From: Octopus sinensis
Taxonomy: Eukaryota
DNA: 64,000 nt
Reading direction: 5' to 3'
Assembly (NCBI RefSeq): GCF_006345805.1
Contig: NC_043014.1
Location: 12,524,001-12,588,000, forward strand
The notes under the pieces: generated by a model
Seen by the model: the letters and a program-made list of their open reading frames with translations, nothing else
Told to the model about the DNA's origin: nothing
The model's database searches: none
Program-made: the position numbers and the translations under genes
Part shown: positions 25,412 through 38,680 of the stretch, piece after piece
Layout: the number at the start of each line of letters is the position of its first letter
Position numbering within the stretch: the first letter of the stretch is position 1

Positions 25412-25589
25412 CTTTCTCTGTGTAGAAAAGCAATTGAGAATCCATCTGTGATAATTTATGCAATGAAGAAAAGAAACCTGCAGTAAATGGTAAATGTTTG
25501 GTGCTATTTTTGTTCTGTTGAAATTGAGAGCAATTCAGTAAATGGTAATTTTCCTCATCATGGAACTACCTATTGGCTCACCTAACAAC
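25412..25589 (+). CDS. CENATAC: CENATAC coding exon 2 (LSLCRKAIENPSV...WCYFCSVEIESNSVNGNF...LAHLT), zinc finger 2; frame broken by small indels as assembled
   Basis: Long T-tract plus ccAG acceptor, GTATGT donor. WCYFC and AHLT match CCDC84 WCLCC...EHLA. In-frame TAA and a frame switch are present. Confidence 0.75.
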
Positions 25590-25605
25590 GTATGTCGATT
25601 GGCTC

Positions 25606-26220
25606 ACCTAACAACGTATGTCATGTTTATTTTATTTATATTTTGTCTTGTTCTTTGCAAGCTTTATTTTTATCTTTGTAGAGTGTCTTTTATTGTTTAC
25701 TGGAGCAATTACTTGAAGGGTTTGAGACAAGCAAATTGACCCCAATACTATATTTTAGAATCTGGTACTTATTCTCCATCGGTCCTTTTGCCAAACTGTT
25801 AAGTTATGATGCTATAAACAAGCCATCACTAGTTGGTGGAGATGGGCAACACAACGATATAAAGGAAGTCAAAAATTACCTGCAATAATAATCTCTGAAC
25901 GAGGTATAAACATACCTAACAACGTATGCATGGTTATTTTTATTTATATTTTGTCTTGTTCTTTGCAAGCTTTATTTTTATCTTTGTAGAGTGTCGTTTA
26001 TTGTTTACTGGAGCAATGACTTTGAAGGGTTTGAGACAAGCAAATTGACCCCAATACTTATATTTTAGAATCTGGTACTTATTCTATCGGTCTCTTTTGC
26101 CAAACTGTTAAGTATGATGCTATAAACAAGCCATCACTATTGGTGGAGATGGGCAAACACAACGATATAAAAGGAAGTCAAAAATTACCTGCAATAATAA
26201 ATCTCTGAACGAGGTATAAA
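25606..26220 (+). repeat. ~308-bp tandem duplication starting at the CENATAC exon 2 donor, plus a 26-bp duplication at 25572-25622
   Basis: Copies start at 25606 and 25914 and differ mainly by 1-nt indels. Confidence 0.85.
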
Positions 26221-26494
26221 CAGTAACTGCACGACAATGTGAGTTTGGGTTGACGAGGGAGGGATGGCCTCCCTTTGCAAATGCTGATGGGGCACAGAAA
26301 GTGTGTCACTGGCCAGCTGGAGGCGATGTTCTCCTGGGCTGCAAGCTACAGTAACACCCACCCTTAGTGGTTAGCCATGTTGAGATGGCAAATTAATCTC
26401 ACAAAAATAACCTGTTTTTGCTGAAACATTCTTTAGGTTGGCCACATTTCCTTCAGTGCTCACATACTATATGGCTCAGAATCCTGAACGTTAT

Positions 26495-26870
26495 CAAAGA
26501 AGCTTGAGAGGCAGTTGGATGGAACCTACACTCACCTCCTTATGAGAGCTCAAAATCTCTCGTGGAAGCGCGCCATCCAACCAAAATGCAAATATATGGG
26601 AAACTACCACCTGTGTCATCTCTTGTGAATAGGAGAGTCCAGTTTGCTGGACATTGTTGTAGAGCTGAAAAGAAGTAATTTCTACTCTTCTCCTCTGGAA
26701 GCCATCTACTCGCAATACCAGAGGGTGCACACTCTCCTACCCTGATGTAATCTCCAGGGATACAGGCATCCAGCAACAGGACCGTAATGCCATGATGGAC
26801 CGTGAAGTCTGGCGTAGCATGGTAAATTCCATTGTCTCGACCACGGTCGAACAATGATGATGATGATATG
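26495..26870 (+). mobile_element. 3' fragment of a second RTE-like LINE family
   Basis: ...VQFAGHCCRAE...LLWKP...DVISRDTG...AMMDREVWRSMV...* followed by (TGA)n. Confidence 0.75.
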
Positions 26871-26999
26871 ATGTAAATGTGTTTGGACCTTGATCGCTTC
26901 AGTTTTGTTTTGTGTGTTACACAGTAACATGGCCTCTGCTTTTGGTGTGCACCAAGGAAGAAAAGAGATCAGTAATCCAATTTCTCTGGTCCGAAGGTG

Positions 27000-27330
27000 T
27001 GTCATCATCATCATCATCATCGTTTAACGTCTGTTTTCCGTGCTAGCACGGGTTTGATGGTTCGACCGGGGGTCTGGGAAGCCAGGAGGCTGCACCAGGC
27101 TCCAGTCTGATCTGGCAGTGTTTCTACAGCTGGATGCCCTTCCTAATGCCACCATTCCGTGAGTGTAGTGGGTGCTTTTTACGTTCCACTGGCACAGGTG
27201 CCAAGGAGTCTGGCAGCGGCGATGATTGGTTGGTGCTTTTTACATGGCCACCGGCACAGAAGCCAGTCAAGGCGGCGCTGGCATCGGCCCGCTCTCAGAT
27301 GGTGCTTTTTATGTGCCACAGGAACTGAAA
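27000..27330 (-). mobile_element. Truncated RTE LINE 3' end
   Basis: Family match. Confidence 0.8.
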
Positions 27331-28824
27331 TCATTGCAGATTTCAGTACAATAGGGGGACCGTGTTCTACTGTGTACAAGTATGTATGAGTGGATCAAGA
27401 AGTTTAAAAATGACCAGACATTGTATATTGGGCTCTCCATCTACATTACAGTGACTTATGCCCCACCTCCCCTGAACCAAATTTCCTCCCAAGCACTGTA
27501 CCTATCTCACCCCTTTCAGGGGTGAGGCAAGTTCAGTGTTAATATTTAGTTTGGTATCAAATGATACTGCTTATGCGATATGATTGGATGACAAGAGAAT
27601 CTTTTCTCTTTTATTTGTTTCAGTCATTGGACTGTGGCCATGCTGGGGCACCACCTTGAAGGGTTCAGTCAAACAAATCAAATCCTGTTACTTGTTTCTA
27701 AGTCTGGTATTTATTCTGTCAGTCTGTTTTGCCAAACTGCCAAGCTACAAGGACATAAGCAAACCAACACCAGTTGACAAGTTGTGTGTGTATGGTGGGT
27801 GGAGGTGACAAACGCAAACACACACATCATCATCATCATCGTCTAGTGTCCACCTTCCATGTTGGCATGAGTTGGATGGTTTGATAGAGCTGACCAAGCA
27901 GGAGCCTGCTCCAGACTCCTGTGTCTGTTTTGGCATAGTTTTTACAGCTGGATGCCCTTCCTAACACCAACCACCCGCAGAGTGGACAAAGTGCTTTTAT
28001 GTGGCACACAAATTCATTCACAAGCCATTGTTCGGCCTACTGTCGAAATTTTTTTTCCTACAAGAGTTCCGGACCCTAGTAATGAACTCTTTGCATACAG
28101 CCAATCAGAGCTCACCTTGACCAATTTCTTGGTAAAACACACTCTACCAAGTAAACTCAAGACAAAGAACAGTGTTGTAAGTCGACCGATCGCCAAATTA
28201 TACCTGATTTTAGAAGACAAGTAATTAGATAGATTTGCATCTATACCTATTATCAGATTATGTCAGGGCCCCATATGGTAAAGATGTGGATGGGAAAAAT
28301 GTGGGTAGAGGGTGATGTGATAGCAACTCTTACTGCTTTATAAAGTAAACAACGACACAAATAACTACGCAGAGACAGCCATGGTTGAAACAAGAACAAG
28401 AATAACAAGCATTATTAAAAGAGAAAAGAAATATGTCATTCCTTACCCAAGTGACCTTTTCTTATTGCCCATCGCTTGTTATGTGCTCATAAAATTAGTT
28501 TGATAGTTGAGCTGTATGCAATGAGTTCATAACTGGGGTCCGGAACTCTTGTGGGGAAAAAAAGTTTCGTGGCCTACTGCTATAAGTAAAGGCACTTGCC
28601 TAAGCCACCACACTGTGAACTGAACCTGAAACTATGTGGTTACAAAGGAAACTTTCTTAACCACAAAAAATTACAAAATTGCTACAAACTTGGTTTGAGC
28701 AAACACTCCAGAATGCAAAGGCAAGCATCATTAGAACAAGGTTTTATTTACTGAGGAAGTTTCAAATGAGTTATCAACGTGTTGCAGTTGTCATGATGTT
28801 ATTCTATACTTTCTCTACTTCCAG

Positions 28825-28915
28825 AGACTTCACAAAACCAACACAAGACTGTTCTTTCAGAAAAATTTTTGAAGAACTATAATAAATATATTTTTTACAG
28901 AAAAGAATTTGAAAG
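28825..28915 (+). CDS. CENATAC: CENATAC coding exon 3 (approx. xLHKTNTRLFFQKNFLKNYNKYIF.KEFER); needs about 2 nt added to restore frame
   Basis: ctacttccAG acceptor, GTAATT donor. HKxxTxxFxxxN matches human PEHKKATNKFWWEN. One frame switch falls in a T homopolymer. Confidence 0.7.
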
Positions 28916-30622
28916 GTAATTTCTATACTTACATTCATGTATATATGCATATGTTGGGAGATTGCCATTATTTAATGTGTAGGAAGAATAATTGTAAATT
29001 CAGTACATGGATCCTCGTTAATCACCAATTTGTCAATTGGTGATCTGGGATAATATGGTATGCTCATTTGCAAACCATGTTACACTTCTAAAGAATTGAT
29101 CCATGATAGCAGAAGTCACTAATCAATCAAAGATTCTGCTTGGTCTGCAAAAGTTACTCCGGTGACCATCCACAACGCTCAACAACACAGGTTCCCAGAA
29201 TGCCCTGGTTTTGTTTGCGTTTACATGCTGTGATGTGAGTCTATATTTTTCGTGTGTACATGCACCCCTCTACATGGAACCAGTGAACAGAAAAAATAAT
29301 TTTCACTGTCATATTTTTATTATTTACTGATCATATTACTAAAGTTTGTTGTATATATCTCTTATGATAAAAGCCACAGTTTCTCTGCCTGTTACCATGT
29401 TCGTTTTTAATACAATTGTACAATATACAATTTCTTCAATTGGAATTTACCTATGATTGTTTGAAGTAGATTCGATTGGGTCATGGCATGTAATTTTTTT
29501 TCAATTTGACCCCCAATTAAGCAAAAATTAGATCAACTCGATATTTTACGATTTGCCTCTCTCATTTCATATGCTTCACTCTTTCTCTTACCACACTTTC
29601 TGCTACTTTCTCTTTGCAAGTGTACACACACATAGACACGCAAACATATACATATACGATTGCCTCTCTCATTTCAAATGCTTTCCTCCTCCGTCTATTA
29701 CCACACTTTCTCCTACTTTCTCTTTGCAAGCGGGGAAACAGATACACGTGCATTGTTTTGTGGGGGAAGTTCTTTTGAAGTTGGTGTGCATCGGAAGCAT
29801 TGATGTACATGTGTGCGTGCGTGAGTTGTTGTGTGTGTGTGTTTTGATGGCGTGTGCGACACAGAAAGTGTGGTGTGTAAGTGAAGTGCTTTTGTTAGTG
29901 TTGTGTAAAGAGACAGAGAGAGTAATGTTTGGCTGTGTGTGTATGTGTGAAAGACAGAGATAACTGAACTTTTTTTATTCACTTTTTGTAGTGAGTGACT
30001 GAGAGAGAGGTTATGTATGTATATATGTATGGCTTCAGTGACACATACCTACGTACACCTAAAGCACGCACACAAACGGAGCGCGAACTTCAAAAGAACT
30101 TCATGCTCTATCTATCTGGTTTGCCATTCCTCACACACACACACATACACACGCAAACATATACATATATGATAGTGACAAACACAAACGTTTCAAACAA
30201 CTACATACAAACACTCGAACACACACACACACACACACGTGTGTGTTTGTTATTAGTAAAAAAGCGCCAAACACAATTCACTTTCTCATTCGAACACATT
30301 TGCAAACACACACCAACGGTCGAATTGCCATAACTCAGCAGAAAGGTAAATTGGTTTTTAATTTACTATCTGTCGCTAAATTTTGGTAGTATTAATTGGC
30401 AAGTGTACTTCAGTTGTCAATTGTTGAAAGAAAGAAATTGTAAGCTAAGAAGGTGTGTTGTGTATGTGGTGCGTGCGTGTGTGTGTGTATGTGTGCGTGC
30501 GTGTGTGTCTGTGTAGGAAGTGAAGGATAAAAATATGGCAAGAAGTGGACAGATGTACATATATACATACATCCATACATACATGTGTGTGTGTATGTAC
30601 GTGTATTAATGTGTGTGTGTTA

Positions 30623-31004
30623 TCTCTCTCTATATAAAGCGAAGTTGTCTGTGTGCGGCAGGTTTGGTAGCCTTCAACTATCTCCTCCGAGACCCTGCGG
30701 CGCAAGTTGACCCAAATTGAGAGTATGATAGAAGAAGTGTTCTCTTCTTCCTTCCGTAGAAGATAAAATTCAAATGGACCATGTTAAACCAAAAATTATT
30801 TACATCAAAAAGCTGCTTTTTTCTATGAAAATCCCTATTTTTACCATTTTTTCACTGCTTTGTCGCCACTTTTTGGTGTATTTCAACCAGAAAATGTTCA
30901 CTTGAACACAATAACAAGCTAAATAATGCAAAATTTTTACTTTTCAAAAATTCCAATTCCAGCGGGTCGAAACAAACCCGAGCAACGCCGGGCGATACTG
31001 CTAG
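30623..31004 (+). mobile_element. Non-autonomous Helitron (copy of 8972-9360)
   Basis: TC start; ends CCCGAGCAACGCCGGGCGATACTGCTAG|T. Confidence 0.8.
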
Positions 31005-31681
31005 TTATTACAATAAAACAATATCTTAATATAAGTATACTAGCCATCTCAATATTGCTAACCACTAAGGGTGGGTGTTACTGTAGCTTCTAGCCCCAGG
31101 AGATCATCGTCTCCAGCTGGCTTTAGGCACACTTTCTGTGGCCTTATGGTATTTGCAAGGGAGGTCATGCTTCCCTCGTCAACCTAAGTGATTGCACGGA
31201 CTGCAGTTTCTAGGTATTTGCCTGTCTTCAGCGTACTGCAATCACCGGTTTTCGATGAAGGGAGACCGTTTGCAAATCCTTATATATGGTTTTTCCAGTA
31301 ACTTTTCGTCACTGATTTCGAAAAACTCTGCAAGCAATAATAAATCTCTGAACGAGATGTAAATAGTAACTGCATGACAATAAGGTATACTAGCCATCTC
31401 AATATGGCTAACCACTAAGGGTGGGTGTTACTGTAGCTTAATATCTTAATACATGTTAAAAAACAGTTTGGAGATGGTATGAAACCATTTTTCCTTTTTA
31501 TGTTGGGGTTGTCATCATAGCGTTATTGGATGACAAGGGTGATGTTTTGGCTTTGACAGCTGATTGTAATCTTGTCTGTATCTGGAAGGTCTACACAGAT
31601 TGAAAGACGGACTGTGATGTGTGTGAGTGTGACTGTACATACATGTGTGTGTTTATGAGGGAGTTCACACACACACACACA

Positions 31682-31848
31682 CATAAGAATTTTCTCCTCG
31701 TCAGCGATAAATACAGTAAGAAATAATGAAATACTTACTTATACCCATGAAAGAAGCAAACACTGAGCTCATGACTTAGTGTTTGCTTATAAGTAAGTAT
31801 TTCATTTATTTTTACCGTATTTATCGCTGACAAGGAGAAAATTCTATG
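31682..31848. repeat. ~165-bp fold-back (MITE-like) palindrome
   Basis: Arms AGAATTTTCTCCT.GTCAGCGATAAATAC... are nearly perfectly inverted. Confidence 0.85.
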
Positions 31849-32544
31849 AATTATCTCTCTCAAATTGGGACTGATACTATAATAACGGAATTTAAGAAAT
31901 TTCTGTCGGCTTACTTCGAGACACGTGCTTCTAGTGATAAATTATGGTTTATTGACGATTTAAGTCTATTTTCGGCATATTTGGCATTAGAATTTTTTTT
32001 CTTTTGCCCTTGTTTATAAGTTGTCTATAAATTTAACCTTTAAAGGTATTTTTAATATGCTGCCATTGATAGAATTTTTTTCGAAAAATTTTATCCTATA
32101 TTAGATGTAAATTATATATATAATAATTTAGTCTTGCCAGAAATTAGGTGCCCTCTCTGGTGCTGGGCACTGATATAGGGCATCTAGTTCTACAAAAAAG
32201 TTATCAAATGAAGAGAGACCCTTTAAATCTTTTTGTCTAGTGCTGGGATTGTGATAAAATTCAGCCAGTACACCCTTTAAATCATCATCATCATCGTTTT
32301 AAATGTTCTCTTCTTTATGTTTGCATGGGTCAGACAGAATTTATTGAGGCAGGTTTTCTTCAGCTGGATGCCCTTTCTGTCACCAAGTTAGGTGATATTT
32401 CCCACCTGGCCAGACATGTTTCTGCTGAACATTGGAAATGAATGACACCACTTCGATGATAGCAATGACCCTTTTACAACTATCATGTGATATGAAAGCA
32501 AGGAGGGAGACAACACACACTGTGTACACATATTATATATACTC

Positions 32545-32925
32545 CTTTACTCTTTTATTTGTTTCAGTCATTTGAATGCCCATGCTGGAGCACCACCTTT
32601 AGTCGAGCAAATTGACCCCAGAGCTTATTCTTTGTAAGCCTAGTATTTATTCTATTGGTCACTGTTGCCGAACCACTAAGTTACGGGGATGTAAAGAAAC
32701 CAACAACAGTTGTCAAGTGATGTTGGGGGACAACACAGACACACAAATACACACACACATATACGATGGGCTTCTTTCAGTTTCCATCTACCAAATCCAC
32801 TCACAAGGCTTTGGTTGGCCTGAGGCTATAGTAGATGACACTTGCCCAAGGTGCCATGCAGTGGGACTGAACCCGGACCATGTGGTGGTAAGCAAGCTAC
32901 TTACCACACAGTCACTCCTGCGCCT
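32545..32925 (-). mobile_element. SINE-A
   Basis: Family match. Confidence 0.82.
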
Positions 32926-32958
32926 ATATATATATATTATATATATATATATATATAT

Positions 32959-33620
32959 ACTAGCATTAAAGACCCGTCGTTGCCGGGTCATAGTGCTAGT
33001 GCATATATATGTTACATATTACATGTACATCTATATATATACATCTACACATAAAATACAAAATACAAAGTTATATCTTGATATCACTAGTGATAACAAT
33101 ACTCAAAATATATAACAGACTGGAATTGTAAGCCCGTCTCTTGTAATTTCGATCAAGTGTATCTTCTCCTCCCTCTTGTATAGAAGTGTGGCTACAATCC
33201 AGCCTACCTCTACTTCTGGGTGGGGGGGCATTTTTAATTTTTTTTCGGGATGTCCTACGTCCCAGATATAAAGGTAAAGATAAAATTTCCACTTTGCAAG
33301 TTCGAGTTGAGTACTCAATTGCACGCTTCGTTGACTCGAACCTTGCTTCTATTGTGGCGAATTTAAAACCTCTGATTAGATGTCTTTCATAGTCGCACCA
33401 AGACACTTTTCGAAGGTGTTTTCCTCCATGTGTTCAAATCTTTTTAACAATTCCAGTCTGTTATATATTTTGAGTATTGTTATCACTAGCGATATCAAGA
33501 TATAACTTTGTATTTTGCATTTTATGTGTAGATGTAATATATAGATGTACATGTAATATGTACACATATATACATGCACTAGCACTATGACCTGGCAATG
33601 ACGGGGTCTTTAATGCTATA
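32959..33620. mobile_element. Back-to-back Helitron 3' ends forming ~170-bp inverted arms (32959-33128 vs 33448-33620); a third partial copy at ~34560-34750
   Basis: Minus strand ends GACCCGGCAACGACGGGTCTTTAATGCTAGT; the plus copy is its degenerate reverse complement. Confidence 0.7.
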
Positions 33621-34844
33621 TTATATATACTGGCGTAAACACATAAATGTGAAACAAAGTGGAAAAAAAAGTACTCAAATACCAGTGGTTAGATAATATG
33701 CTTTATTTAAAGCAGCAGAAAATTCAACAAAACCTGTTACTCTATATGCATACAGTCCCCTTCTTATTTTCATAAATTCCTCTTCCAAACAATTTTGACG
33801 TCATTGCTTGTAACGGATTTTTAAAAACACTCATTATCACCTTGTCTTTCCTGATGAGAAGACGGCATAATCACACTTTATTCCTTCGGAATTAAGAATA
33901 TGCAGTCTTCGAACATGTGTTGAAAGTAAGGAATTGTGTTAAAATCTTCATTCGACTCCATTCTTTTATTCTTTTATATATAATATATATATGATAATAT
34001 ATATATATATCTCTTATGATAAAAGCAGATTTTATCTGCCTCCCAAACAGTTTGTTTTTTATACAATTCTACAATATAGAATTTCTTCAATTGGAATTTA
34101 CCTATCATTTTTACAAGTAGATTCCATCGGGTCGTGGCATGTAAAGTTTTTCAATTTCACCCCCATTAAGCAGAAATTCGAGAAAAGTAAAATTTTTACC
34201 TTTTCCCTCTTTCATTTCAAGTGTTCACTCTACCTACCATTACACTACACTTCTCCTCCTTTGTCTTTGCAAGTGTGCAATGATTAAAGTGAAAGTATTT
34301 ATATAAAAGGGATGAGCAATTAATACTGGTCATCCTTTTTGCTAGAAGATCCGCTGTGGTCTTATATGCTACACCATGTTTTCAATTCATATTAATCAAA
34401 TTAGTATTCAATTTTTAACCCTTATTATGTGTGTGTGTGTATTAGCAATTCGTATAAAATTGCATCAATGACTTGAACTTGAATAGAGGTACCGTCTTTA
34501 CGGAAGCATTTTTGTTAAAATGCCTTCGATAGAAGAAGTCCAAAAATGATTTCGCTGCAGCCGTACACTTCTATACAAGATTCAATTGATCAAAATTGCA
34601 AGAGACGGGCCTACAATTCCAGTCTGTTATATATTTTGAGTATTGTTATCACTAGCGATATCAAGATATAACTTTCTATTTTGTATTTTATGTGTAGATG
34701 TATATATATATATATATAGATGTACATGTAATATGTACACATATATATATATACACATATATACATGCATATATATCTACCCATACACACACACGTACAC
34801 ACACACACACACATACATAGGGGCAGGTGTGGCTGTGTGTGTAC

Positions 34845-36425
34845 AAACTACGTTCGAAGATACTGTACTTGATATGGCGGTAGTACCTTGCCGGTCTATG
34901 GCCTACCTTCAACAAACGGGAAGGCACAAACACTCTGTCTTCACATTTGCTGCGTGAGACATGTTTTAATGTTGACGAGCTTGCCAAGTACATAGCCGAC
35001 AATGAGCCAAAGCTCCTTCCAGAACAGAAGTTCGCTTACAACTCCGTTGTTAATTCAGTCCGGGCCAAAGCTGGGGAGATATGGCAGGTGTGGCTGTGTG
35101 GTAACAAACTACATTCGAAGATACTGTACTTGATATGGGTGGTAGTGCCTTGCCGGTCTATGGCCTACCTTCAACAAACCGGGAAGGCACAAACACTCTG
35201 TCTTCACATTTGCTGCGTGAGACATGTTTTAATGTTGACGAGCTTGCTGAGTACATAGCCGACAATGAGCCAAAGCTCCTTCCAGAACAGAAGTTCGCTT
35301 ACAACTCCGTTGTTAATTCAGTCCGGGCCAAAGCTGGGGGGATTTTTTTCCTGGACACTCCTGGGGCACTGGGAAAACTTTTGTCAACAATTAATATTGG
35401 CTGAGATTAGGCGAACACAAAGCATTGCCATAGCTGTGGCATCATCTGGAATTGCGGCTACTTTGTTGCCAGGTGGCAGGACAGCTCACTCCACTTTCAA
35501 GCTTCCACTTGACTTAGCGAAGACTGAGACACCAACTTGCAACATCAGTAACAGCTTCGATCAGGCAGAAGTCTTCAGACGATGCAAGCTTATCGTTTGG
35601 GATGAATGCACGATGGCCCACAGAGGTGCTCTTGAGGCACTAGATAGATCTCTCAGAGACATCAAACACTCTTCAGCTCCCATGGGAGGCATAACACTTC
35701 TTCTTTCAGGGGACTTCTGACAAACACTTCCCATTATTCCCAAAGGGACTAGAGCTGATGCAGTAAGTGTGTGTCTTAAGTCATCCACATTGTGGCCACT
35801 GGTGAAGACTCTCAAACTTCACACCAATATGCGTGCTCATATGCGACGTAATATCACATCAGCGGCATTTTCTCACACCCTCCTTGCACTTGGCGAAGGC
35901 AAAATACCAGGGGATGAAAATGGTAATATTGCCATCGATTCCATTTGTACCATTGTTAAAACACCTTCTGATCTCAGAGATGCAGTGTTCCCAGATCTAC
36001 AAGCTAATTATCAGAATATGGATTGGATTGGCCAAAGGGCTATTCTGGCCCCGAGGAATAAAACTGTTCACCATATTAATGATAAAATGCTAAAACTCAT
36101 TCCTGGGGATGTCTATGTATATAAGTCTATCGATACAACTCCTGACCCAGAGACGTCATCAACTATCCAATAGAGGTACTTAATTCCTTTGAGCCCCCCC
36201 GGACTACCACCACACATTCTCAAACTTGAAGTTGGTGCCCCTATAATGCTCATTAGAAATTTGGTTCCCCCAAAACAATGCAATGGCACACGTTTGATCG
36301 TTAAGTCCTTATCTCCCACCGTAAACTTATATCAATATTTGCCTGAATAATCATCATAATTCAGTGCAATCATTAACAGTACTTTCAAGCATTCAGCCCC
36401 GAGCATCGCCGGGCAATTCTGCTAG
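34845..36425 (+). mobile_element. Internally deleted Helitron with PIF1-like helicase relic and intact 3' end
   Basis: [76 protein letters not shown]...CNGTRL in several frames; CCCGAGCATCGCCGGG hairpin plus CTAG at 36422-36425. Confidence 0.9.
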
Positions 36426-37162
36426 TATATATATATATATACAGAAGCAATGTTGTCTTGGAAAATATATGTTTTGTGAAGGCTGGAGTGTTTGTTTGAG
36501 AGACAGTTCGAAGACAGATTTGTTATCGACGGCAGCAATTCGTTATCGACATTCATAAAAAAACGAGGAGGGTCGTCTTGGCATGCGCTAGAAAGAACAG
36601 CAAAATTTCTTAAATCGATGAATTTCGTCGCCCAATAAAAATATTAACGACATTTTTTGAATATTTTCTTTATGTTTTTAGACCAAAAAGGCTTCTCCCA
36701 TGGTTTTGAAGGGCCAAAAACAACAAAAAAAAGTGTGGGACTATGAGGGTGCGTGAATTCTGGGTCGTATTGTAAAAATTCGAAATATTTTTTCATAAAA
36801 TGATGCCCCAGCTTGTCGGAGGCTATGATATAAATTGGGGAAAAAAATCCTCGACACCAGTGCGTAACTGATACTTAATTTATCAACCCCGAAACGATAA
36901 AACATTGCCCCCCCCCCCCCCCCATTTCTGGTTTATTTACATTTTGTCTAAATTTGTTCTGGCAAGGGGCAAAACACAGAGGGGACAAAGATTTTTTGAC
37001 TGCTATTTCTAAACTTCGGTATGTGGGTGAAGCAAATCTTTGCTGAACCCTAATTATAAAGTATTACTTAAGCTTACCATGAAATGGTCTTTTTCATGCC
37101 GAATTCTACTTGGTGAAATTACTGATTACTTCTTAATTAATTAATTTTACCCTTTGTTATTA

Positions 37163-37166
37163 TCTA

Positions 37167-37229
<63 letters not shown>

Positions 37230-37613
37230 TTATATATAAAAGAGAGGTTGTGTGTCTGTCTCCTACGATTTAGATTCCTTCCAACATTTTGCGGTGCAGT
37301 TTAACCAAAACCGGGTATCTTATAGTCGTGATTCATATCGAGCCCTTCTGGGTATTAGCGCGCGTCTACGATGAGTCTACGATTTAAAAAAAAATTTACC
37401 ATCAATTTTTTCCATTTTAATGCATTTTTCGCTATCATATAAGGGAAGTAACTCTCTAAAAATGTCTACGATGAGTCAACGATTTTTAAAAAATTTACCA
37501 TCATTTTTTTTCCATTCTTAATGCATTTTTTTGCTATTTTTTGGCTATAACTCTAAAAATGCTTATATAGTTATTTTCCTTACAAACCCGAGCAACGCCG
37601 GGCGATACTGCTA

Positions 37614-37614
<1 letters not shown>
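37163..37614 (+). mobile_element. Non-autonomous Helitron, different internal sequence
   Basis: TC/(TA)n start; same 3' terminus as 30623-31004. Confidence 0.75.
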
Positions 37615-37666
<52 letters not shown>

Positions 37667-37833
37667 GATGGAGAGAGAGAGAGAGGGGTGCAGCAGTGGC
37701 TGTGTGGTAAATAGATTGTTTACAACATTGCTCTGGGTTCAGTCCCACTGCGTGGCACCTTGGGCAAGTGTTTTGTTTGCCGACCAAAGCCTTGTGAGTG
37801 GATTTCGTAGATGGAAACTAAAAGAAGCTCGTC

Positions 37834-37886
<53 letters not shown>

Positions 37887-38680
37887 ATATATATAACATG
37901 TATATATATATATACATATATAGGTGTGTGTGTGTGTGCGTGCGTGTGTGTGTGTGTACGTGTGTGTGTGTTTGTGTGTCTGTATTTCTCCCCCCAACAT
38001 CGCTTGACAACCGATGTGGGTGTGTTTACCTCCCCATAACTTAGCGGTTCTGCGAAAGAAACCGATAAAATAATTACGAGGCTTACAGGTGTTGATTTGC
38101 TCGACTAGTTTAAGTTAAGTTGAATTAAGTTTTAGCTATGAGAGTGAGATGTCTAAGAATTATGTGGGATTTGGCTGCTATTTCTAGCTATAGAAAAAAG
38201 ATGTCTATGATCTGTTCGAGATTTGGCTGCTATTTCTAGCTACGAAACATTTATGTTTATGATTTGTGCCAGATTTGGCTGCTATTTCTAACTATAGAAA
38301 AAAGATGTCTATGATTTGTTCGTGATTTGGCTGCTATTTCTAGCTACGAAAGAGTGAGATAGAGAATGAGAGAGAGAGAGAGAGAGATTTGCTTTTTCAA
38401 ATTTCGGTTAGCAAAGGAAATGTGATTAGTATAGTATCAATTGAATGTCTAGACAAGTGTAGCGTTTGAAAACATCACTTCCTTTTGCCCTTTGATCTCT
38501 GTGTATGTATGTATGTATATATGCATTGTGTATAGATGTAATTATGTATATTTCTATGTATGTATGTGAATTGTATAAATGAAGAAAGTGAGAGAGGGCG
38601 AAAGAAGAGAGAGATAGGAAAGATGAAAAAGAAAAAATAGGACTTCTTGGGAGTGATAAATAAAATATTTATATATTTAT

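Noticed and set aside
28652-28680. U12 branch-point-like TTCTTAAC upstream of CENATAC exon 3
   Set aside because: It is part of a SINE fragment (AAACTTCTTAACCAC) and ~160 nt from the acceptor. None of the identified CENATAC or CENPE donors has the RTATCCTT minor-intron signature.
33071-33406. 111-aa minus-strand ORF within the Helitron fold-back
   Set aside because: No recognisable motif; stops in the neighbouring frames; likely internal non-coding Helitron sequence.
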